Source of the DNA: Candidatus Latescibacterota bacterium
Lineage (GTDB): Bacteria > Latescibacterota > UBA2968 > SICM01
Length of the DNA: 64,000 nucleotides
Direction: 5' to 3'
Assembly (NCBI GenBank): GCA_965217865.1
Contig: CBDCJO010000002.1
Location: forward strand, 2,880,001 to 2,944,000
Shown: positions 1-9,551 of the stretch, in pieces
Layout of the letters: each line of letters opens with the position of its first letter
Numbering within the stretch: the stretch's first letter is position 1
Position numbers and translations under genes: made by a program
Notes under the pieces: generated by a model
Seen by the model: only the letters and a program-made list of their open reading frames with translations
What the model was told of the DNA's origin: nothing
Databases searched by the model: none

Positions 1-101
1 AGGGTGCAAAGGCAAAATTATCATAGCACCATCCTACAGCAGGAACCTATACCGAGTGTTGTGGTTTCAGCATAGGATGCAGACCTGAAGGATGATGAAG
101 G

Positions 102-701
102 ATGAGACGAAATATGACAGAGGATGTGATCGCAGTCGATGATTTGATTCGCAAAGAGGCAAATGAAATTCTGGAAAGAAGAGGACTTCTAAACATTTTG
201 AAGAAGTATGGCACTCCCCACCTGACCGGAAGCTATACTCTTTGTCTTATGACTTGGCGGGATCTCGATATTTACCTTGAGAATGAGGAAATTAGTGAGG
301 AGGATTTCTTCGATCTTGGAGGAAAACTGGCATCTGCTCTTCATCCAGTCAAGATGAGCTTTCGAAATGAGCGGATCGCCCAAACTGACGGTTTACCACA
401 CGGGTTGTATTGGGGAATCTACTTGGGTAACGAGAGAGAAGGGGCCTGGAAGATTGACATTTGGGCAGTTGATCCAAATCAATGTATCGAAGGAATAGAA
501 TATTGCAATCGTCTTGCCCAAGAGATAACACCAGAAGCTCGTCTGAAAATTCTTCATATCAAGTCTGACTGCTGGCAAGATCCGGAGTACCGCCGTGCAT
601 ATTCGAGCCAGGATATCTATCATGCCGTCTTGAAGGAAAATGTCGATAGCATTGAATCATTCAATGAGTATCTCCGAAGAGAGGGAAAGGTGAAGGTCTA
701 A
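102..701 (+). CDS. Pol-beta-superfamily nucleotidyltransferase-like protein (putative gene cassette)
   Basis: The ORF has a GS-x-DxD motif (LTGSY...WRDLDIY) and a third Asp strand (WKIDIW). Its stop codon lies inside GTCTAAC, an attC R''-like box. The start may be ATG 114. Confidence 0.6.
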   Translation: MRRNMTEDVIAVDDLIRKEANEILERRGLLNILKKYGTPHLTGSYTLCLMTWRDLDIYLENEEISEEDFFDLGGKLASALHPVKMSFRNERIAQTDGLPHGLYWGIYLGNEREGAWKIDIWAVDPNQCIEGIEYCNRLAQEITPEARLKILHIKSDCWQDPEYRRAYSSQDIYHAVLKENVDSIESFNEYLRREGKVKV

Positions 702-811
702 CAAGGCGTGAGCGATTGAGAAATCAAGATATTTTTGATGCTTCAAAAACAAAAGTCAGAAAACATATGTCCGCACCTTTTTGGCTGTGCCGAATTCAAA
801 ACTTGCACAAC

Positions 812-902
812 ACATAACACACATTTCACGGGCTTCGGTCGCGAAGCTCCCTACGCCGCAAACCTGCTTCGCAGGTTCGTGAACTGTGAGAAATCGTTAG
901 GC
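812..902 (+). other. attC-like integron cassette recombination site
   Basis: R''-like ACATAAC (812-818, contains a stop codon) and R' GTTAGGC (896-902). Inner inverted repeat CACATTTCACG / CGTGAACTGTG (one mismatch). Internal hairpins GCTTCG..CGAAGC and AACCTGC-TTC-GCAGGTT. Confidence 0.7.
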
Positions 903-1048
903 GCAAGGCGTGTCTGAGGGAGCTGTACGACGAAGCATATAAGGGTAAAGCCAAATCCTCGCCCTACTCAGATCTGGAAGGTGGATCTAATCGAGGCCCC
1001 GGTTACGGCGGCACATCCTGCGCCACCGATAGATTACATGGAGAAGAC

Positions 1049-1636
1049 ATGACCGACACTTGGCAGCACCTGACGCCATACCAGGCAACCTGGAAGGACG
1101 AGTTCGAGGCCGAGAAGTCTAAGCTACAGCCCGTCTTCGGCGTGTCCACTTTGGAGATCGAGCATATCGGGAGTACGTCGATTGAGGGCATGCCGTCGAG
1201 GCCGATTATCGACATTGCTGTGATGATCGAGAGCTACAAGGACGCCGATGGTTTCAGCGATGCGCTAATCCAGATTGGCTACGAGCCCCCTCCGCCTCCG
1301 CATGGCAATAGCAGCGGTGGGGAGAGGTACTTCTACATCAAGTGTCACCCTCCCAAGTGTCACTTATCTATCGCGTTTGCTGATCAAGGAGGCTTCTGGC
1401 ACCGTCAGATCGTCTTCCGAGACTATTTGCGGGCGAATGAAGCGGCGCGTAAGGAGTACGCGCGACTGAAGGAGGCACTACTGCACAAGTATCCGTCTGG
1501 CCACGGCGCGCCAGCCACCGGGAAGGGCGAGTACAGCAACGGGAAGACAGAGTTCGTCTACAGGATATTGGAATCGGCTGGATGGCGCGAAGGCCAACTC
1601 TATAGGGATGAAGATCCAGACACGCCCAGCACCTAA
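1049..1636 (+). CDS. GrpB/UPF0157 family nucleotidyltransferase-fold protein (gene cassette)
   Basis: Motifs IEHIGSTSI..M..RPIIDI, FRDYLR..YARLK and YSNGKTEFV. The stop lies in ACCTAAC, complementary at 6/7 positions to the upstream GTTAGGC. Confidence 0.85.
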   Translation: MTDTWQHLTPYQATWKDEFEAEKSKLQPVFGVSTLEIEHIGSTSIEGMPSRPIIDIAVMIESYKDADGFSDALIQIGYEPPPPPHGNSSGGERYFYIKCHPPKCHLSIAFADQGGFWHRQIVFRDYLRANEAARKEYARLKEALLHKYPSGHGAPATGKGEYSNGKTEFVYRILESAGWREGQLYRDEDPDTPST

Positions 1637-1879
1637 CACATATTAAAGGCCCCGGGTCAAGAAAAAAAGACCCCTTCATCACGATTTTCACCGTTTTTTT
1701 GCGACCCTAACGGTCGGGACTTGCAATGAGCCGATCCGAAGAGGTTTAGCGATGTTCGGATCTTTGTCAGTCGCCAGTCTGGCTCGATTTTCACATACCG
1801 GGCTAGATGTGAGCCATCTGCACCAAACACGTATTGGAAATCAAGCGTCTCTCACGGTATTCTGTGGAGCGCCCTGGGA

Positions 1880-2135
1880 GAGGCTTTTCCTCTCCCTCCA
1901 GAAAATAATCGGTACCCCTTGCGACCCAATCAAGAAGGATGGCTGTTCTCCCCTTTTTGTGAGGGGGAACGCCAGTTAGGTTCGGGTTCATCGCGGGGGC
2001 AGACGGACTGACTGTCTCAGATCCGCTCATCTATGTTCTATATAAGGGGTGAAGGCGGCTTCCCAATCACAGCGGGAGAGCTGGGCTATTGTCCGGACGT
2101 TGCCCTGCCAGTTAGCTGCCGGGTTAACCGCCCCA
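1880..2135 (-). ncRNA. putative bridge/seekRNA of the IS110/IS1111 element
   Basis: Two repeated modules ACCCG..CTAACTGGC-hairpin-AGC..TGATTGGG (TAACTGG at about 2108-2114 and 1972-1978; TGATTGGG at 2062-2069 and 1925-1932), each closed by a stem. Boundaries are inferred. Confidence 0.6.
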
Positions 2136-2139
2136 CCCA

Positions 2140-2658
2140 TTATGCTACAAACCGTTTCTCGTCGAATGCCTGGCCACTTTTGAGCATTTGGTAGGCGGCC
2201 ACGCCGAATTTATGAGCGATGACGCTCTTGGCTTTTCCCGGACCGTGTTTGCTCTTGAGTTTCTCGTAGTTTCTATTGATCGGTTCTGACCATCGCTGAG
2301 CCACGAGGATGATTTCCGAGAAGGCCCACTTTAGGTGTGGGTTTCCGATTTTGTTATTCCCGTCCTTTGTCTTCTTCCCAGCGGACTCTCTCTCGACTTT
2401 GATCAGCCGGCTGTAGGAGGAGAAGGCTGAAGCGGATTTGAACCGTTCAACCGTGTGGATTTCATACAGGATGGTCATGGCCAGCATCTCCCCAAGTCCG
2501 GGAACCGTCATCAGGATAGACAGGGCATTGCGATCGTGATGTTTGGCCTGTGCAAGGACTTGCTTCTCGACTTTGTAGATCATTTTGTCCAGGGAGTCAA
2601 CCAGGTCCAGATCGCAGCCCACAGACATACCCAGATCTGGGTCGGCCAGACGTTCGCA
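2140..2658 (-). pseudogene. IS110-family transposase, C-terminal half only (DEDD/RuvC domain missing)
   Basis: C-terminal part of ORF 2140..2883 (from about CERLADPD onward). No N-terminal DEDD domain is present. Confidence 0.8.
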
Positions 2659-2883
2659 CGTGTCCTTGTGAACTGAAACCTTCAGGTTCCGGTTCAGGGC
2701 GTCCAGAGCGTAATTGACTTGCTCGGCCGCCCTTCCGGCCTCCTCCTGATCGACCTCCTGCCCGCCTTGGGGCTCTCTTTGTGTCGATCCCGATCTGCTA
2801 TCGCGTTCGACCGGCACAGGGCTGGACCCATTCTGGCGCTGAAGCCTCATCTCTCTTGCAGCAATTGCGCCGATTGTATCCAT
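2659..2883 (-). pseudogene. flaG: flagellar protein FlaG, 3'-truncated and fused in frame to the transposase fragment
   Basis: Directly downstream of flagellin. AAEQVNYALDALNRNLKVSVHKDT matches the FlaG core, but the usual ..VVKV.D..TGEVIRQIP tail is absent. Confidence 0.7.
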
Positions 2884-2998
2884 ATCCCATCACCTCTCTT
2901 GGTGGCGCCCTCACGCCTCGATAAAAACTATGGTTGAGGGGTGTGCGGTTCTTTAAATCCGCACACTTACCATTGAACTTACTCGCCGGTGTCCGCGA

Positions 2999-4168
2999 TT
3001 ACCCGAGCAGCGACAAGGCGCTTTGCGGAAGGACGTTCGCCTGAGCCAGCAAGGCCGTGCCCGCCTGGACCAGGATCTGGCTTCTCGTGAATGCCGATAC
3101 CTCGGTCGCTATGTCCGCATCCCGGATGGATGATTCTGACGCCTGAATGTTTTCGATCGTGTTCTCGTTCGACCGCATGTTGAACGAGAGGCGGTTCTGA
3201 AACGCGCCGAGGGAACCCCGCTGGTTGGCCACGGTGGAGATCGCCGTGTCAATCGTCGTGATTGCGCTCTGCGCCCCCGATTGGGTAGAGGCCGAAAGCG
3301 CGCCCAGAGACAGCTGCGTCCCCGACGCGCTCATGTCGTCGATGCTGATGTCGAGGCGGTGGACCGCCCCGTCCCTCGGACCGATCTGGAAGGAGCCTCC
3401 GGTCGCGGACGCGTCGATCTCGATGATGGTGGTGTCCAGGTCCCCGTCTGTATAACCGTTGCTCGCCGGGGAGGTCCGGACGCCCGTCAGCGTAACCTGA
3501 ATTCCCAGCCGGTCGAAGTTCGCGATGATCGTGGTGCCCGTGGCCACCTGGCTGCCGTCGAGGGCAGGCCCCAGATCGATCGTCTGCGACACGGTCCCGT
3601 TGCCCAGGGTCACCAATCCGTCATTATTAACGGTATCTTGAAACGTGTAGGTCCCCGCTGCCGCACTGGAAATCTGCACATTGATCGCACCCGTGTCATT
3701 GGATGTGGTAAGAGCCGTGGACGCGGCTTGGTCGACCGTGTTCCCGAATCCCCTCAAGAGGTTCGTGTTGTTGTAAGAAGTGACATCGGCGATCCGGTCG
3801 ATCTCCGATACGAGCTGGGTAAACTCAGCGTTGATCGAGACCCGGTTGGAGTCCGTCACAGTCGAAGAGGCGGACTGAACCGAAAGCTCCCGCATTCGGA
3901 TCAAGACCGCGTTGATCTCGTTGAGCGAACCCTCAGCGGTCTGGATCAGGTTAGTGGCCTGTTCAGCGTTTTTCACAGCCTGTCGCAGACCGGTGAGTTC
4001 TCCCCTCATCCCTTCGGACACACTCAGACCGGCTGCATCATCGGCCGCCCTGTTGATCCGCAATCCCGACGAAAGCCGCTCTATACGAACTGCCAGATCT
4101 CGGTTGTTGATACCGAGTTGCCGGCGAACGTTGAGAGACGGAATGTTATTTCTAACTCGGAGTGGCAT
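2999..4168 (-). CDS. fliC: flagellin
   Basis: N-terminal ERLSSGLRINRAADDAAGL; C-terminal RGSLGAFQNRL..SIRDADIA..QAN.LPQSALSLL. Confidence 0.97.
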   Translation of the reverse strand: MPLRVRNNIPSLNVRRQLGINNRDLAVRIERLSSGLRINRAADDAAGLSVSEGMRGELTGLRQAVKNAEQATNLIQTAEGSLNEINAVLIRMRELSVQSASSTVTDSNRVSINAEFTQLVSEIDRIADVTSYNNTNLLRGFGNTVDQAASTALTTSNDTGAINVQISSAAAGTYTFQDTVNNDGLVTLGNGTVSQTIDLGPALDGSQVATGTTIIANFDRLGIQVTLTGVRTSPASNGYTDGDLDTTIIEIDASATGGSFQIGPRDGAVHRLDISIDDMSASGTQLSLGALSASTQSGAQSAITTIDTAISTVANQRGSLGAFQNRLSFNMRSNENTIENIQASESSIRDADIATEVSAFTRSQILVQAGTALLAQANVLPQSALSLLG

Positions 4169-4210
4169 CTGACAACCTCCTTGTCTGCCTCATACCTTTA
4201 TGAGACACTC

Positions 4211-4228
4211 TATGGCATCCTTGCCATA
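4211..4228 (-). promoter_or_regulatory. CsrA-type AGGA-loop hairpin in the flagellin 5'UTR
   Basis: Perfect stem TATGGCA-AGGA-TGCCATA about 45 nt upstream of the start. The RBS is a second AAGGA. Confidence 0.6.
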
Positions 4229-4377
4229 CCGGACGTTGGCGGTGTCCGGTGTTTCGTTCGACTGGTCTTTACAACTAAACAACAAAGGCCGTCTGACCGG
4301 CCTTGATCAGAAATACAATTAGGCCTTCACCTCCTTAGAGACGCTTAATTCCGTGTGGTTTAGCTCTTTGTCCATGG

Positions 4378-4405
4378 ATATCGGCAAAATCCACACGAAT
4401 CTTTA
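4378..4405 (-). promoter_or_regulatory. sigma28 (FliA/SigD) promoter
   Basis: TAAA-N16-GCCGATAT about 210 nt upstream of flagellin. Confidence 0.85.
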
Positions 4406-4980
4406 ATGCGATCTGCAATGATTCGGAGGCAAAAGCCCTCAAGGGGGCCGGTATGACAGCCTTTTATATAAAAAAACGGCTATTTCGATTTTATTACACT
4501 TTTTCTATACAGGTCCTCTCATATGATACGTGATTGACCCTGTTTGTGCTCAATTTAGCTGCGATGTCCGGATCAAAAGACATCAAAATTCAACAATAAC
4601 CCGTTTATATACAATCTATTATCCCTTTCTTCTTGTTCCTGGCGCTCACCCGCCGCCACGCGGGATAGAGGTTGTCAGATGCCACTCTGTTAATGATGCC
4701 GCCTGGATCAGAGAATTATATTAGATTGTATTATATAACTTAGTATTGTTTGGTATAATTCATATCGGCCTGCAAATCTAAACCTTTACCCTTTTTTCCG
4801 CTCTTTTCCAACCGATTCCGCCAACCTGCATCGACGGACAATCAATGTGTGCGAGCGTACCGGCGAGGTAGGGATGCAATTCAGCCTGGATTGCAGACGT
4901 GAGGACACGTTTTCGATCTTTTGTGCTGAACACTAGATGAATCAGGATGCGGGACAGGGATTGGGGGATGTGAAATTATC

Positions 4981-5065
4981 GCGGCCTTTCAGGCCGCACG
5001 ACGGTATTGCTTTCCAAGGACCCAGGGCAGCTCGCCTGGGTTGAGGGACAACGCGCCGTTGGCGC
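4981..5065. repeat. REP-like composite palindromic element
   Basis: Three GC hairpins: GCGGCC-TTTCA-GGCCGC, CCCAGG..CCTGGG and GCGCC-GTT-GGCGC. Confidence 0.5.
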
Positions 5066-5146
5066 TGAAAGAAGGCCCTGACTTTAGCCTCGGCTTCTCG
5101 ATTAGCTCGAAGGCCAATCGCGAAGACAGGGTCCACACGGAGAGCC

Positions 5147-5184
5147 AAAAAAAACGGAGAAAGAAGGTATCTTCAGTCTCCGTT
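5147..5184 (-). terminator. intrinsic terminator of the second flagellin
   Basis: Minus strand reads AACGGAGA...TCTCCGTT followed by a T-run. Confidence 0.65.
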
Positions 5185-5235
5185 AAAATGCATGATTCCG
5201 GACGTTCCCAAACTAGTCCTTTAATTTTTAATACG

Positions 5236-6375
5236 TTACTGCAACAAAGAAAGCGCAGTCTGCGGTATCGCGTTGGCCTGCACCAGGACGGCCGTCGCAG
5301 CCTGGGTTAAAATTTGTGCCCTGGTGAACTCCGAGACCTCCTCCGCGACATCTGCGTCTCGAATTGACGACTCGGAAGCTTGGATGTTTTGAATTGCGTT
5401 CTGGGTCGATGCAATCGTAAAGGACATTCTGTTTTGAAGGGCTCCGATATTGCCGCGTTCCCGAGCGATCCTATCGATCGCAACGTCGAGCCCCGATAAT
5501 GCGTTTCGGGCATTCTCCAGAGTTCCGATAGATATCGAGTTCAGGTTCAATTCCGGCCCGCTTGCCCGCATGTCACCAATGTTAAACTGGATCTGGTTAA
5601 AGACGCCTGAGTCCGGCCCCACCTGGAATGTTCCTCCGGTCCCTGCTATGACAACAAGGGTAGTCGCATCCAGATCCCCATCGGTATAGTTATCGTTTAG
5701 ATTCAGGATAATGCCAAGTCGATCGAAGTTGGCGATCGCCGTCGTCCCTGTAGCCACCTGGTTTCCGTCAAGGGCAGTGGCAATGTTGATCGTCTGTGTC
5801 ACCGTCCCGTTGCCCAGCGTAACCTGGCTGTCCGTGCTGCCAGAATCGATAAACGTATACGTCCCGGACTGTGCACCGGAGATGCTCGCGCTGGTCACAC
5901 CCACTGCTGCATTGGAAAGGGAAGTGGACAGCGTGGCGCTTACCGTGTTCCCGAATCCAACCAGGAGGACCGTGTCATTATAAGACGTCACGTTCGCCAG
6001 ACGATCGATTTCGGAGATCAGCTGGTTGTACTCAGCCGTCAGGCCCACCCGGTTGTTATCGTTGATCGTAGATGACGCCGATTGAGCGGCCAATTCTCGC
6101 ATCCGGATCAACATGGCGCTGACCTCGTTCAACGCCCCTTCGGCAACCTGAGTCAGGTTAGTGGCTTGTTCCGCGTTTCTCATCGCCTGAGTCAGGCCGC
6201 CGATCTCGGCCCGCAAGCCTTCGCTTACGGCCAGTCCGGCTGCATCGTCGGCCGACCGATTGATCCGGAGCCCGGTTGCAAGACGCTCGATCCGGGTCGA
6301 AAGCGTCTTGCTGTTCGCAGACAGCGCACGTCTGGCGCTGATCGCAGTGATATTATTGTTGACCCTGAGAGGCAT
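5236..6375 (-). CDS. fliC: flagellin (second paralogue)
   Basis: Conserved flagellin termini. It shares the middle GTYTF..VTLGNGTV..ANFDRLG region with the first copy. Confidence 0.97.
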   Translation of the reverse strand: MPLRVNNNITAISARRALSANSKTLSTRIERLATGLRINRSADDAAGLAVSEGLRAEIGGLTQAMRNAEQATNLTQVAEGALNEVSAMLIRMRELAAQSASSTINDNNRVGLTAEYNQLISEIDRLANVTSYNDTVLLVGFGNTVSATLSTSLSNAAVGVTSASISGAQSGTYTFIDSGSTDSQVTLGNGTVTQTINIATALDGNQVATGTTAIANFDRLGIILNLNDNYTDGDLDATTLVVIAGTGGTFQVGPDSGVFNQIQFNIGDMRASGPELNLNSISIGTLENARNALSGLDVAIDRIARERGNIGALQNRMSFTIASTQNAIQNIQASESSIRDADVAEEVSEFTRAQILTQAATAVLVQANAIPQTALSLLQ

Positions 6376-6507
6376 CCTTATCCTCTTTCTGTATGTGGCT
6401 TCTATCTATGCCCAAGAATATGGCTGGCCGATCCGATCTGAGACTTTACTACGGACAGACGCGGTGGCTGCGATATCCCTTCCCTGGCATTTCCGTTCTC
6501 CTCCTTG

Positions 6508-6524
6508 TGCAAAGCCTATGCCAG
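6508..6524 (-). promoter_or_regulatory. sigma54 promoter (-24/-12)
   Basis: CTGGCAT-AGGCT-TTGCA, exact GG-N10-GC spacing, about 130 nt upstream of flagellin 2. Confidence 0.8.
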
Positions 6525-6728
6525 ATTGGGGACTTCGATAGTTATCGTTCAAAAACACAAAGAGATATGTTCAATAAGGAGATTTTTAGGATGGGGTAAG
6601 TGGGAAGGAAGGTCCGCGATCGGGAAAAAGTTGCCCGAATTGTTGAGGGAATGCTGGAAACGTGAAAACGTGCGGAATAAAATAAGCTGGATTCAGGTGC
6701 GTATAAAAACCGCCGGCCGTTGAAAGGC

Positions 6729-9446
6729 CTATTTTTCAGCCTTCGATAGACGACTCAGTACCGTTTGAAGGATCCCTCCGTTCATATAATAATCGAGCTC
6801 CACAGGTGAATCGATCCTGACGGTGGCTTCAAAAGAAAACGACCGTCCGTCCGAATCCGATACGCGAAGGGAGATGTCCTGGCGGGGCTTGATCGCCCGG
6901 ATTGCGATGTCGAAGGTCTCGTGGCCCGTCAAACCCAAAGACTTCGGGGTTTGACCCTCCTTGAATTGCAGCGGTAACACCCCCACCCCTACCAGATTGC
7001 TCCGGTGAATACGTTCATAGCTCTCAGCAAGAACAGCCCGTACACCCATCAACATCGGTCCTTTTGCCGCCCAGTCTCGGGAACTGCCCGAGCCGTACTC
7101 CTTGCCCGCGATCACAACGAGTGGCGTCCCCTCCGACTGATATCGCATCGCCGCATCGTAAATGCTCATCTCCTCGCCCGAAGGAAAGTGGATCGTAACA
7201 CCCCCTTCTTTTTCAACGAGCAGGTTCTTCAGCCTTATGTTGGCGAAAGTCCCTCTTGTCATTACCCGGTCATTGCCCCTTCTGGACCCGTATGAGTTGA
7301 AATCACGGGGTTCCACACCTTTTTTAATAAGATATAGGCCTGCCGGTCCGTCTGCGGAAATGCTCCCAGCCGGAGAGATGTGATCTGTTGTAACCGAGTC
7401 ACCCAGAACCGCCAGGACACGCGCACCTGAAATATCCGTCAAGGGCTGAGGCGCCGAGGTCAGCGCCTCGAAGAACGGGGGGTTTTGAATGTAGGTCGAC
7501 TCCGGGTTCCATTCATAAAGTTCGCTCCCCGCAACCGGGATGGCGTTCCAGGCGGGATTTCCGTCGAATACATTCCCATAACTCCGAATAAACATATCTG
7601 GTTCGATCGACGTCCCCATCGTTGAGGAGATCTCTTCCTGGGAGGGCCATAAGTCGCGGAGGAAGACAGGCTGTCCGTCCTTTCCGGTTCCAAGGGGTTC
7701 GGTCGAAAGATCGATATCTACGCTGCCGGCAAGGGCATAAGCCACGACAAGGGGCGGCGATGCCAGATAATGGGCTTTGGTCAGCGGATTGATCCTGCCT
7801 TCAAAATTTCTGTTGCCCGATAGGACCGCGGCAGCCACCAGGTTCCCTTCGGTCACCGCCTTGGCCACCGATTCTGGAAGCGGACCGCTGTTGCCGATGC
7901 ACGTTGTGCAGCCGTAGCCCACCACGTTGAATCCAATCTGTTCTAAGGCGCTCAGGGTGCCCGAGGCTTTAAGATATTCGGTGACAACCTTGGAACCAGG
8001 CGCCATGGAGGTCTTCACATAAGGAGGTACGCTAAGGCCCTTCTGCACCGCTTTCTGGGCGAGAAGACCCGCACAGAGCATAACCGAGGGATTGGATGTG
8101 TTCGTGCAGGAGGTGATGGCGGAGATGACGATGGAACCGTGACGAAGGACTGCGCTTTCCCCGTTTTGACGGACTTCCCCCGTACGCTCCAGATCGCTTT
8201 CCGAAAGCCCGTACCCCCGTTCGCTGACAGGAGTCGTGAGGGCACGTCGAAAACTGGACTTTAAATCCGAGAGCTGGACTCTGTCTTGTGGACGTTTAGG
8301 GCCGGCGAGACTCGATACGACATCTGAAAGATCCAGTTCCTGAGTGTCCGTGAATTCGGGATCGGGGCTTTCGTCGGTGCGGAAAAGCCCCTGCTCCTTG
8401 CAGTATCGTTCGACACGCCCGACCTCTTCTCTTGTCCTCCCGGTTCGAAGCAAAAAGTTGGTCGTCTCCTGGTCGACCGGGAAAAAGCCGCAAGTTGCCC
8501 CGTATTCAGGGGCCATATTGGCGATGGTGGCGCGGTCCGGCAGGGTCATCTGGCTGAGTCCAGAACCGAAAAACTCGACGAACTTGTCAACCACACCCTT
8601 CTTACGAAGCATCTGCGTGATCGTCAGGGTGAGGTCCGTGGCGGTCACCCCATCCCGCAATTTCCCGTAGAGCTTGAACCCGACAACCTGAGGAGTGAGG
8701 AAGAAAAGGGGTTGGCCGAGCATAACCGCTTCCGCTTCGATTCCTCCCACACCCCAACCCAGCACGCCCAGCCCGTTGATCATCGTTGTATGAGAGTCCG
8801 TTCCTACAAGCGTGTCTGGAATAACCAGGGCATCCCCGTTTTCTTGACGGACCAGGACAGTCTTCGCCAGGAACTCGAGATTGACCTGGTGGACGATGCC
8901 GGTTGCCGGAGGAATCACACGAAAATTCCTGAAAGCCTTCTGACCCCAACGCAGAAACTCGTACCGCTCCCGGTTACGCTCGAACTCTATCTGGGCGTTA
9001 ATTCGGAGGGCATCGGGAGAGCCGAACCGGTCCACCTGCACCGAATGATCGATCACAAGATCGACTGGAATCAAGGGTTGAATCTGATCCGGGTCTCCCC
9101 CGATCCGTTTCATGGCCGAACGCATGGCCGCGAGATCAACCAGTGAAGGCACCCCGGTGAAGTCCTGGAGTATCACCCGGGCGGGTTTGAAAGGAATCTC
9201 CACCTGGGCGGGTTGCTTCGCGTGCCAATTTGCCAGGTTGAGAACATCCTCTTCGGTCACCTCGTTCCCGTCGCACTCCCGCAGCACCGCCTCCAGGAGA
9301 ACTTTAATCGAATACGGGAGCCTTGAGAGATCCGAGATGCCACCGGCTGCCTGAAGCTTATTCAGGCTATAGATGTAACCCTTCCCGCTTCCCGTGTCGA
9401 ATGCGCTGCGCGCACCGAATCGATTCTTCACTTGTGAGATCGACAT
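6729..9446 (-). CDS. acnA: aconitate hydratase A
   Basis: [47 protein letters not shown]. Confidence 0.98.
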   Translation of the reverse strand: MSISQVKNRFGARSAFDTGSGKGYIYSLNKLQAAGGISDLSRLPYSIKVLLEAVLRECDGNEVTEEDVLNLANWHAKQPAQVEIPFKPARVILQDFTGVPSLVDLAAMRSAMKRIGGDPDQIQPLIPVDLVIDHSVQVDRFGSPDALRINAQIEFERNRERYEFLRWGQKAFRNFRVIPPATGIVHQVNLEFLAKTVLVRQENGDALVIPDTLVGTDSHTTMINGLGVLGWGVGGIEAEAVMLGQPLFFLTPQVVGFKLYGKLRDGVTATDLTLTITQMLRKKGVVDKFVEFFGSGLSQMTLPDRATIANMAPEYGATCGFFPVDQETTNFLLRTGRTREEVGRVERYCKEQGLFRTDESPDPEFTDTQELDLSDVVSSLAGPKRPQDRVQLSDLKSSFRRALTTPVSERGYGLSESDLERTGEVRQNGESAVLRHGSIVISAITSCTNTSNPSVMLCAGLLAQKAVQKGLSVPPYVKTSMAPGSKVVTEYLKASGTLSALEQIGFNVVGYGCTTCIGNSGPLPESVAKAVTEGNLVAAAVLSGNRNFEGRINPLTKAHYLASPPLVVAYALAGSVDIDLSTEPLGTGKDGQPVFLRDLWPSQEEISSTMGTSIEPDMFIRSYGNVFDGNPAWNAIPVAGSELYEWNPESTYIQNPPFFEALTSAPQPLTDISGARVLAVLGDSVTTDHISPAGSISADGPAGLYLIKKGVEPRDFNSYGSRRGNDRVMTRGTFANIRLKNLLVEKEGGVTIHFPSGEEMSIYDAAMRYQSEGTPLVVIAGKEYGSGSSRDWAAKGPMLMGVRAVLAESYERIHRSNLVGVGVLPLQFKEGQTPKSLGLTGHETFDIAIRAIKPRQDISLRVSDSDGRSFSFEATVRIDSPVELDYYMNGGILQTVLSRLSKAEK

Positions 9447-9551
9447 ATGATTCTTCCCGCTCTTGCCAAAAGTTTATGTTAAAATATGAAATTCCTCATA
9501 ACGAGGCAATCCAAAAATTCAATCGACGGATCTACCTGCGTGAGGGTTTTC

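Larger units (their letters stand above)
1639..2658 (-). mobile_element. IS110/IS1111-family element, 5'-truncated (C-terminal transposase half, long 3' non-coding end)
   Basis: Transposase_20-type motifs TVPGLG..LA.TILYEI..VERF, ESAGK (catalytic Ser) and KIGNPHLKWAFSE. About 500 nt of structured non-coding DNA follows the stop. An outward TTGACC (1655-1660, minus strand) lies near the end. The end position is approximate. Confidence 0.8.

Noticed and set aside
3281-4306. 341-aa plus-strand ORF, and many similar long antisense ORFs across the window
   Set aside because: These are shadow frames of GC-rich genes on the opposite strand with no family motifs.
4942-5148. 68-aa ORF beginning MALRV, like a third flagellin start
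   Set aside because: The similarity stops after five residues. The ORF starts in a terminator T-run and runs through REP-like hairpins.
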